Translations under genes and position numbers: made by a program
Notes under the pieces: model-generated
Databases searched by the model: none
Seen by the model: only the letters and a program-made list of their open reading frames with translations
Told to the model about the DNA's origin: nothing
Part shown: in pieces, positions 27,812 to 36,035 of the stretch
Layout: each line of letters begins with the position of its first letter
Numbering within the stretch: the first letter of the stretch is position 1
Source: an uncultured virus (IMG/VR IMGVR_UViG_3300002092_000003)
Lineage: Duplodnaviria > Heunggongvirae > Uroviricota > Caudoviricetes
Virus record (IMG/VR): IMGVR_UViG_3300002092_000003
Location: 1 to 64,000 of that record
Strand: one strand, 5' to 3'
DNA length: 64,000 nt

Positions 27812-30374
27812 AAACCTGCAACAATTTATTTCTGCGTTTTCTACTATTTAATTCTCTTAATCTCTCATCTTCTGTTTTATTATAGTTATCATCCGTCTCT
27901 GTTAAATCCGCCCATATCTGACCTTTAGTTACAATCAAATGATGTTCAGTAGCCATAGGGAATACTACCACTTCTTTTTTAATATGTAAATTCTCAGCAT
28001 CGTCACTAGTTTTTACTCTTTTCCAAACACCGTTTTCAAAAACAGCGTGACCGCCAGATACTTCTACTCCGTTATAGTTATACAAGTCTTGTGAGTATCC
28101 TTCTCCGATACCAATGACAGTACCGCCTAGATCTACAGTATCTCCGATTTTTATATTCTTTATTTTTTTATACTTGCCGTTTTCCATTAGTATTTCTGTG
28201 TCGCCATCAAAACAGAAAAAGTTAGAAACTGCAGATACTACTTTTTTAGCAATAGATGCTGGTTGTTTTATGATAGTGTTCGATACAGTGTTACCTAATC
28301 CTTTTCCTATACTAGTTAGTCCTCCTAGTATGTCACCTTTTGATATTTGTTTTAATCCACCTAGCGATTGCTTAGTAGTATTATACATATCAGATCCAGC
28401 CGTTCCCGCTACATTAAGTCCTCCATTAAAGAGTCCTGATCCAGCATTTAATGCCATAGATGCAGGTTTTAATAATGTCCCCGCAGGTCCAAGATTGCTA
28501 CCTAACTTATCTGTTAATCCAGATACTGCTTGCATCATTTCGGGAGTTACTAATCCAGCTAGAGGTCCTAATACTGGAGTTAATGCTGTCTGTAATGCCA
28601 ATTTAGCTGCTGCTTTTGAAGCATCGCTTGTAGTGTTAGCATTTACTCCATTGCTTAATAGATTCTGTCCTATGTTTAGCCCGCCAGCAATAGTCCCACC
28701 ACTTCCGGGAGCAAAATTGCCAGCAAGTTGCGCTGCTGCCTCTTTCTTCGCTTCAGTTTCTGCTTGTTGTTTAGCATACCCTACCGGATCTTTTGCTGCG
28801 GCAATAGGATCAAAGCCTATTGCATCGGAGGCTTGTTGCCCAGCCATTTGTTTAGCAGATGCCATTGGATTGCTTAACGCTGAAATAGGATTGAATCCTA
28901 CTGCTTCACTTGCTTGTTGCCCTGCTAAATTTTGAGCATAAGCTAATGGATTACTAACTACTGAAGGATCAAATCCATACTGTTTAACTAATGCAGCTTC
29001 TGCTTGTTGTTGAGCATAGTTCATTGGATTCGATAATATCTTGCTTGTATCTCCTAATGCTCCAGTATCTACACCGAGAGCTGCGGCTTGATTCTTTGCT
29101 GTACTGCTTGCTTGTTGCAATGCCATTTGTCTAGCATATGCAGCGGGATTAGTTATAGCTTGCGCACTAATTCCTGAAGTATCAGAGATAGCATTATTAG
29201 CATCAGTTAATTGTCCTTGTACTGCGTTTGTTGCAGTAGACTGCGCTTGATTAGTTGCTGCAGTTTTAGCTAAATCAAACATTGAAGGTTGATTAAAAAC
29301 ATTAGTTAAAGCTGTAGGAGCTTTAGGGGAATCTGAAGCTGCTTTAGCTGCAGTAGTCATGCCCCCTAATACCATTCCTGCTGTTGATGTAGGAGCTGCT
29401 TGCTGTGGTACAGCTTGTTCTTTAGCAGGAGTTGGAGAAGCGGCAGGAGCCGAGGGAGCAGCTGGAGAAGATGTTGAGGTTTGTTGAGAAATTTGATCTC
29501 CAGATTGTGCTGGAGCATTAGCTGATGCAAATTTACTATAGCTACCGCCTCTATTTTGGAAAGGCATTCTCTGTGCGGTATTACTTTCTGCATTAGCAGC
29601 TACAGCTCTTTGCTGTCCAGCTACAGGAGCTGCAGTAGTTGTGTTCTCGCCTTGAACTGCGTTGGTTACGCCTTGAGGTCCAGCAAACTTCTGATCTGCT
29701 AAATTATACTGTGCGAATTTAGAAAACCCACTATCTTGTGCGCCTACTTTTTGGTAGTGACCGAGGGCATCTTTTGTAATTTGGTTTCCGGCAGCGTCGG
29801 TTCCTTGATATGAGTTACCCGCTTGCTTTGCAGCATTAAACTGTTGCTCATATGCGGGATCTATCCATTGCTTATTCATATTCTGATTTTTAATGTAATC
29901 AGTTAGATTGCCAAAATCTTTAGCGTTGTATCCTGAGAGTTGTCCATTGTTACTGAATACTGCAGAACCGCTTTCCTTATCGATACCTTGGTAATCTCCA
30001 AGTCCTTTAAACTGTTGTTCTCCTGCATAATTCTCGTAAGATTTACCTGCATTAGAGGGATCTTTCGCTAAATTAGCAAGTGTTCTGGAAAAATCATTCT
30101 TATCGAACGATGAGTAGTTGCCATTATTGTTATAGATAGCATTGCCAGTTTTATCATATCCTACAAATTGTCCTGCGGCAGCAACTTGAGCATCTTCATC
30201 TGCATCTGTTTGATTTTTTGCTGTTTCCGCATCTTGTTGCGCTTGCACTTGACTTAATTGACGTTCTAATGCCATAGAATTAGAAGACATCCAATTACCT
30301 TCATTCCGATCAGCATCTTTACTATCTTGTAGTTGTTTTTGTAAATCTGCTATTTGTGAATTATAATCTGCCAT
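27789..30374 (-). CDS. low-complexity virion protein with C-terminal Hint domain
   Basis: Cys721 CFDGDTEILMENG...IKNIKIGD...VSGGHAV...IWADLTET; internal NPxxYAxQxA repeats. Confidence 0.8.
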   Translation of the reverse strand: MADYNSQIADLQKQLQDSKDADRNEGNWMSSNSMALERQLSQVQAQQDAETAKNQTDADEDAQVAAAGQFVGYDKTGNAIYNNNGNYSSFDKNDFSRTLANLAKDPSNAGKSYENYAGEQQFKGLGDYQGIDKESGSAVFSNNGQLSGYNAKDFGNLTDYIKNQNMNKQWIDPAYEQQFNAAKQAGNSYQGTDAAGNQITKDALGHYQKVGAQDSGFSKFAQYNLADQKFAGPQGVTNAVQGENTTTAAPVAGQQRAVAANAESNTAQRMPFQNRGGSYSKFASANAPAQSGDQISQQTSTSSPAAPSAPAASPTPAKEQAVPQQAAPTSTAGMVLGGMTTAAKAASDSPKAPTALTNVFNQPSMFDLAKTAATNQAQSTATNAVQGQLTDANNAISDTSGISAQAITNPAAYARQMALQQASSTAKNQAAALGVDTGALGDTSKILSNPMNYAQQQAEAALVKQYGFDPSVVSNPLAYAQNLAGQQASEAVGFNPISALSNPMASAKQMAGQQASDAIGFDPIAAAKDPVGYAKQQAETEAKKEAAAQLAGNFAPGSGGTIAGGLNIGQNLLSNGVNANTTSDASKAAAKLALQTALTPVLGPLAGLVTPEMMQAVSGLTDKLGSNLGPAGTLLKPASMALNAGSGLFNGGLNVAGTAGSDMYNTTKQSLGGLKQISKGDILGGLTSIGKGLGNTVSNTIIKQPASIAKKVVSAVSNFFCFDGDTEILMENGKYKKIKNIKIGDTVDLGGTVIGIGEGYSQDLYNYNGVEVSGGHAVFENGVWKRVKTSDDAENLHIKKEVVVFPMATEHHLIVTKGQIWADLTETDDNYNKTEDERLRELNSRKRRNKLLQVYVKTKFI

Positions 30375-30772
30375 TAGTTAACCAATAATAAGGTTAGAGT
30401 AAATTGTTTGTTTGCTGGTAGCCCTGCTACTTTTTGTATTTCTATTGTAGTGTTTGTCTGACTAAATGTTATGAATGGACAAGCTGTTGGAAATGCATCA
30501 GCACAAACCGCTTTTAATATAACACAACCTCTTACATTTGTCAAGGATGTAGTTAATACAGTCCTTTGTAAAGGAGTACCTGTTCCATCTACTTCCAATA
30601 CAACAGTTTGATATTGCATAGGTAGGTTGTCTTCAATACTAAGACCTTTGCGAAAGGCTCTCTCTACGTCATCAAAAAATGGATTAAGGGAACGAGCAAG
30701 CTTCCCGATGTTCTCACGAAACTCAGGAGTGAAATCATTTATGTTAATCTTTTTTGTTTGTATCTTAGCCAT
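30374..30772 (-). CDS. putative virion structural protein
   Basis: 132-aa coupled ORF in the late block. Confidence 0.65.
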   Translation of the reverse strand: MAKIQTKKININDFTPEFRENIGKLARSLNPFFDDVERAFRKGLSIEDNLPMQYQTVVLEVDGTGTPLQRTVLTTSLTNVRGCVILKAVCADAFPTACPFITFSQTNTTIEIQKVAGLPANKQFTLTLLLVN

Positions 30773-31013
30773 TGTGTCCGCGTAATGCGCCCATTAATCT
30801 TGCAAATTTATGTTGTGGAGTTAGAGGTTCCATTGGATTATGGGGAACCGCTGGAGCTTCTGGTGGAGTAGTGGCAGCTTGCTTATTTGATAATAGATGT
30901 TGTAATAAAGCAGCGTGATCTACTGGAAGACTAGGCGGTGCTACCGGAGGAGTAGGAGAAGTGCTCTCAGGAATTTGTGCTGGAAGTTTTAAACCTTTTA
31001 GTATATTTTTCAT
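30765..31013 (-). CDS. Pro-rich small late protein
   Basis: ends KFARLMGALRGHNG. Confidence 0.6.
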   Translation of the reverse strand: MKNILKGLKLPAQIPESTSPTPPVAPPSLPVDHAALLQHLLSNKQAATTPPEAPAVPHNPMEPLTPQHKFARLMGALRGHNG

Positions 31014-31019
31014 ATATTC

Positions 31020-34000
31020 CTATTTGTATGCTCTGTCACTGTATGCATTGTATGATAAGCTTAATCCGTAAAGTGCGAAAGTTTGAAGTGCGATCCCATG
31101 ATTAAATGTTACGCCTATGGTACGTGCTCTTTGTTTTTTGAGAGGTACATAAGTTCGTAATGGCGCTCTATCCCCTAATCCCCCGAATACTGCACCTTGT
31201 CCAAAAACAAAGTCTCCGAAGTTACCATGGCTATTAGGTTTAATTTCTACCGTTTCAGGGTTCATAGATAAATCGCTGCTGTAGCCTAGTTTCGCAGCAT
31301 AGAAGCTTCTAAATTCAAACATCAAAGTTCCTTGTGAGAACTGTTTAAATGCTGAAGGATCTCCACCATGCTGAGGCACAAATTCAATATCAGTTTTAAT
31401 ACCTTTGTATACTAGTATTGGTCCTTCTATAAACGCAGGAACTTTTTCTAATCCAAAATCTACAGTTATGTTATTCTTATCAATTACTATAGCTTCATGG
31501 AATACTGTTCCCATAGATAAACTATAATTGTTCAGGTAAGGAGTGTTTGACTGATTTAGACGATTAATTATTTGATTAAAATTTATCTGTAAGTTTACAA
31601 AATCAGAAAGCCCAAGATATGTATATGCAGTATGACCGTTGGTATCCGTGAATGTTGTAGGATCTTGAATATTTAACTGCGCAATTATAGCCTGTATTTT
31701 AGAATCTAAGTTATTACCTTGCATCATCTGTAAATTGTCAAAAAAAGCATAGCTATTCATACCGCGATCTAAATCTAATTTCTTTAATAGCTGATTTATT
31801 TTATATATAGTTACATATTGAGTTTGAGTAATAACGTCATCTGTTTCTACTAAAGAAAAACTCGATGGTTTTATTCTATTTCCATTTATAGCATTCGAAG
31901 ATAATGATAATGCTATTTCTCTATCTGCATAATCAAATCTATTAAAGTTCTTTCTTTCGCGTTCATACACGTTATCAAGTGCTGATCCAAAATACAAAGT
32001 ATCTACGTCTAACTTTAGTATTCCGCATGATTTAGCTACTTTCCATTCAGTCCAAGCATTTGTATCTACATTGTATCTATAGCATACAGTCGAATAAGTA
32101 TCAGCTTTATTTAATATCGTGAAGAATAAATAGGATCTATCTGTTTCATATCCTACACCAAAGCTTACTCTCGCTAGATTATTAGATGTAGTTATAAAAG
32201 GTATAAGCTTATCGTATATTGGTTTAGATATTACATCTTTACCGACCTCTGATAACTTAGCGATACCTTGATTACCGAAATAGTATATCTCATTGTTTAC
32301 CACAGCGACACTATCTGAAGATTTTAATAATACCGTGTTATCAAACAAGGATACTGAAAAGCTTGCAGCATCTTGCCCTGATAGACGGAATAGTCCATCA
32401 CCTTTAAATATGAATAGAGATTCTCGCAATGCTTTAATACGAAGAATAGGGAAATCTGAAGATCCTATAAGTATTTGATTTACAATAGGAACTGATTCTG
32501 GTTGATCTTGTTTTGAGTATGATAAGCCATTAATTGCCGCACTGCTTGCGCTAGCACCTTTTTTAATGTTTACTGTGTATCCCGCAGTTACAATTGCAGA
32601 TACATTTACTCCTATATTATATTTCGTAGTAGAAGTTACATTTGTAACAGTGTGTATGCCGTTTATGCTATCAGTAGTAGAGCTTAGTAAAATTATTACT
32701 TTATCTCCAATACTTAACCCATGTGTAGTAGTTGTAGTTATTTCAGTAGGATTAGCAATGCTTGCATTGGTATTTATATTTAAATAATTTAAAGCAGGAG
32801 AAAAATTGGTAGCCAATGCTACATCATTTATAATTAAATAAAAAGCACTATCTACTGTAGTTTTACGCTTTAAGGACAATAGCCCCGGAACACTTGTAGA
32901 TCCTGATGCATAACTTGCTGTAACTATTTCACTGGTATTTGCGTTTATTGCATTTATTAATGATTTAATAATTTCTTCGATTTGAATAAATATATCAGCG
33001 TCATTGCTTAAATAAATAAATCCAGAACTGAAGTCCTCTCCTAAACCTTGTTGAGGAGTAGAGAATGTGAATGCTGTTGGAGCGTCTGTACTATCTACTG
33101 TAGCATCTGCATTTCCAAATTTAATATTGGTTATAGATACATCACCTAACAATGCTACCGCAGCAAAATCTCCCGTAGCGTTTAGAGCATTGGCGATTAC
33201 TGTAGCTACGTCCTGTGCAGTAACAGAAGCTGATACATCGGCTCTTAAGGGAATTCTTCCATTTTTTTGTGCTGTAGCTGGCACACTATTATCACCAATC
33301 TTATCCATCCATACATAATAACGTCTAGCATTTAAAGCTGAATTTGTAAGGAAGAAACTGTTGTCACTAAAGAATGCGGGAGATTGGCAAATGATAAGAG
33401 ATTGCTCTTCTAATCCGCGCAAAGTATATGTATTTGTAGTAGTACCATCCGACACAGATAAGTTAGTTGCACCGCTTATAAATCCTGTAGTGGAAGTCAT
33501 TGTAGTATTTAGTATGTGATGAAGTCTTGTGTTTGCATAAAATGTAAAGTTATTGAATAGCTCTATATCACGAGATACTGGAGGAGCATCATTAGTTTGA
33601 AAGCCCCCTTCTGCTGTTGTATTTGTATATAATTGTTCGCCGGCATTTCTAAACTCTTCGCTAATAAAATCATTATATACAATAGTCTTAGAAGAGAGTT
33701 CTGCCGAAGTAGGATTACCTTCGAATATTAATCTATAATCATCAGTAAATGCATCCGTAAGGGCGCGTAATTCTGTGCGATAAATACGGAATATAGCATC
33801 TGTGGAAATTATTGTATANGGTATATAGAAGGTTAAATCTACAGAAGCTCCNTCTTGAACTTCGTTATAAGCTGCTATTAATGCAGAAGGTGATCCTTCT
33901 ACAAATAATCCATTNACATCTTTTAATGCCCATGTAACTTTATAAGCAGTTTGGAAATTNTTATTAAGAAAACCAGATATAGAGAAGTTNGGAGTAGCTT

Positions 34001-34454
34001 TNCCGCCAATACCGTTAGGTGCTCCTGCATCTGTAATTACTCCAACTGCCGAGGAAAAATCGGCAGATGACTTAGCTGAAATCTTTTTGATTCCTTCTGA
34101 TGTAGTCAAATACAAATTACCTTTAGTTTCTAATGCTTTTATTCTAATATCACTGGCTACTTCATTATAACTTCCATTGAAGTTAGTGAATACTCCAGTT
34201 CCGTCGTCAAATGCTAATAAGCTATTAACGTGGCTTATAATTGTATGTTTATATACTAATAATTGTCTAGCTCTATCAGTCGATGTAACAGATAAATTAG
34301 GTCCGTAGTAAGCTATTCCTCGGCGTGACTGTATTATACCGTCTCTATCGATTACCGTGTTATTTGCCTTTAGCAAAGCTCCGGGTTGAACTTCTGATAG
34401 ATTATTGTAATATGTCATTAAGCCTGTCGGCTTCATGCTGAGAATGCTTGACAT
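31020..34454 (-). CDS. tail nozzle / DNA stabilisation protein (tail tubular B-like)
   Basis: 1144 aa, beta-propeller-like; ANNTVIDRDGIIQSRRG, YSKQDQPESVP, LFIFKGDG; follows the adaptor gene. Confidence 0.72.
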   Translation of the reverse strand: MSSILSMKPTGLMTYYNNLSEVQPGALLKANNTVIDRDGIIQSRRGIAYYGPNLSVTSTDRARQLLVYKHTIISHVNSLLAFDDGTGVFTNFNGSYNEVASDIRIKALETKGNLYLTTSEGIKKISAKSSADFSSAVGVITDAGAPNGIGXKATXNFSISGFLNXNFQTAYKVTWALKDXNGLFVEGSPSALIAAYNEVQXGASVDLTFYIXYTIISTDAIFRIYRTELRALTDAFTDDYRLIFEGNPTSAELSSKTIVYNDFISEEFRNAGEQLYTNTTAEGGFQTNDAPPVSRDIELFNNFTFYANTRLHHILNTTMTSTTGFISGATNLSVSDGTTTNTYTLRGLEEQSLIICQSPAFFSDNSFFLTNSALNARRYYVWMDKIGDNSVPATAQKNGRIPLRADVSASVTAQDVATVIANALNATGDFAAVALLGDVSITNIKFGNADATVDSTDAPTAFTFSTPQQGLGEDFSSGFIYLSNDADIFIQIEEIIKSLINAINANTSEIVTASYASGSTSVPGLLSLKRKTTVDSAFYLIINDVALATNFSPALNYLNINTNASIANPTEITTTTTHGLSIGDKVIILLSSTTDSINGIHTVTNVTSTTKYNIGVNVSAIVTAGYTVNIKKGASASSAAINGLSYSKQDQPESVPIVNQILIGSSDFPILRIKALRESLFIFKGDGLFRLSGQDAASFSVSLFDNTVLLKSSDSVAVVNNEIYYFGNQGIAKLSEVGKDVISKPIYDKLIPFITTSNNLARVSFGVGYETDRSYLFFTILNKADTYSTVCYRYNVDTNAWTEWKVAKSCGILKLDVDTLYFGSALDNVYERERKNFNRFDYADREIALSLSSNAINGNRIKPSSFSLVETDDVITQTQYVTIYKINQLLKKLDLDRGMNSYAFFDNLQMMQGNNLDSKIQAIIAQLNIQDPTTFTDTNGHTAYTYLGLSDFVNLQINFNQIINRLNQSNTPYLNNYSLSMGTVFHEAIVIDKNNITVDFGLEKVPAFIEGPILVYKGIKTDIEFVPQHGGDPSAFKQFSQGTLMFEFRSFYAAKLGYSSDLSMNPETVEIKPNSHGNFGDFVFGQGAVFGGLGDRAPLRTYVPLKKQRARTIGVTFNHGIALQTFALYGLSLSYNAYSDRAYK

Positions 34455-35422
34455 TAGAACATACCTCCGCGAGTAATACCGCGTCTTTGTCTTAGAGTTC
34501 CGTGTCTATTTACAGCTTTTCGTGGAGCACCTTCTACTCGGTTATCCAATCCAATAGCCATTTTAGCTTCCATTTCTGATAATTTATTGCTAGCATTAGT
34601 AAGACCTTGGGTATCCCCAATTGCCTCTAGGACGCGCTGTGCGACTCTCTGAGCTAATACTGAATGTAGTTCTGTGGGAACATTAGGTATACAAGATTCT
34701 CCCGCTAAAGCCACCATATCGCCTACTGCGAGGGATTGGGGAATATCTGCTGGATCGAAGGTAATTGTGCGTCCTGATACGTTGGCATTTAAAGCTACTT
34801 TATCAATGTCTATAATTACATGTGGAGATTTTGCTTTAATGAAGTCGTATTGAGTTCCTGATGTGAATTTTTTTGGTAATGTTGTGTTAAACGTAATGAT
34901 TCCAGATACTGTGTCTATATTTAGTATTGTAGCCACCTCAGCATCGGGAACAAGCATATTTGGACGCATATAGTAGTAAAATACTAAGCTTCCGCGAGGA
35001 CTAACACTTACTTTAGGAAATAACACTAAGTCTCCGCCTTCCATGTAAAAGCGTCTCCAGTTACTATTTTCTACTGCGTTAATAAGGTATGTATACTTAT
35101 CATCTACAGCAATTTGCGTCATTTCGTATTCTGTTCCGCCTTGATCGTCAAGCTTATAGGATACTTCTCGCAATTTGTTGAATAATGCTCTTTCGGGAAC
35201 CGCATAATTAGATACTTCGGGAATGATTAATCGCTCCTCTTGAAATATTAAATATTCGTCTTTTTGTTGTAAAATTACAGGAACTATGCCTATTGTAATT
35301 TCTTCATTCATAATATCGATTAAATCAGCATCGGTAAAGGTGTCCTGAGAAGTTGGAACCATTGCACGACGTTTTATCGACTTAAGTAAGCCGTTAGTGG
35401 TTAATGCACCTTTCGTAATCAT
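34454..35422 (-). CDS. head-tail adaptor (tail tubular A-like)
   Basis: LLKSIKRR...FTDADL...IPNVPTELHSVLA; position in the late block. Confidence 0.65.
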   Translation of the reverse strand: MITKGALTTNGLLKSIKRRAMVPTSQDTFTDADLIDIMNEEITIGIVPVILQQKDEYLIFQEERLIIPEVSNYAVPERALFNKLREVSYKLDDQGGTEYEMTQIAVDDKYTYLINAVENSNWRRFYMEGGDLVLFPKVSVSPRGSLVFYYYMRPNMLVPDAEVATILNIDTVSGIITFNTTLPKKFTSGTQYDFIKAKSPHVIIDIDKVALNANVSGRTITFDPADIPQSLAVGDMVALAGESCIPNVPTELHSVLAQRVAQRVLEAIGDTQGLTNASNKLSEMEAKMAIGLDNRVEGAPRKAVNRHGTLRQRRGITRGGMF

Positions 35423-35423
35423 T

Positions 35424-35807
35424 TTATGCCTTTTTAGCTTTTAATTCTGCTATCTTTTTTTCAAGTTCGGCGATTTCCATGTCTGGATTTTTCTCTTCAG
35501 CTGACTCTTCTTCTGGAGACTCTGAATTTTCTTCAGCATCCTCTGATTCTAAGTCCTCGTCTTTAGGAGATAATTCATCCATTTTATCTTTAGCTAGCTC
35601 TAAGCCAGTTTTAAGACCTTCTGGAGAGTTTGATGCTACAGTTACTTTTTTCAAACCGCTCATCATGTCATCTTTCGACTTACCCTTAAGCATGTCTGAA
35701 AGTTCTTTCATTACAGATGCTTTAGCTTCCATGTTCTTAGCATCTGGGGGATTAGAGGCTTGATCTTGAGCCTTTTTCATCATTAGTTTTTTGAATTGTT
35801 CAATCAT
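35424..35807 (-). CDS. small acidic late protein
   Basis: GGAG SD; preceded by a late motif copy. Confidence 0.7.
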   Translation of the reverse strand: MIEQFKKLMMKKAQDQASNPPDAKNMEAKASVMKELSDMLKGKSKDDMMSGLKKVTVASNSPEGLKTGLELAKDKMDELSPKDEDLESEDAEENSESPEEESAEEKNPDMEIAELEKKIAELKAKKA

Positions 35808-35826
35808 TTGGTGTATCTCCTATCTA

Positions 35827-35836
35827 TATTTGTTAA
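35827..35836 (-). promoter_or_regulatory. putative phage late promoter
   Basis: TTAACAAATA-TAGA-TAG. Confidence 0.7.
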
Positions 35837-35860
35837 AATACGTGTTTTCAGTAACTTGTT

Positions 35861-36034
35861 TTAAAATAAAAAGAAATAGCTTCCCATTAGGCTAAAAGGC
35901 AGCAGCATTTGTTCTGCACATCCATTTACCCAAAAACTCTCAGCTCCGTTATCTAGGTTACTATTTGTAACCTTTTGAAATGCTACACCATTTACCCAAT
36001 TTGTTTCTGCACCTTTCGGATCTATTGCTGCCAT
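35861..36034 (-). CDS. 57-aa tail-associated peptide (not in ORF track)
   Basis: MAAIDPKGAETNWVNG...GAESFWVNG...GSYFFLF*; AGGA SD. Confidence 0.6.
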   Translation of the reverse strand: MAAIDPKGAETNWVNGVAFQKVTNSNLDNGAESFWVNGCAEQMLLPFSLMGSYFFLF

Positions 36035-36035
36035 A

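Noticed and set aside
27789..28214. Canonical splicing intein
   Set aside because: No terminal His-Asn followed by Cys/Ser/Thr and no substantial C-extein; it fits a cleavage-type Hint better.
33819..34002. Clustered Ns as a DGR target
   Set aside because: All are at third codon positions, with no template repeat or reverse transcriptase seen.
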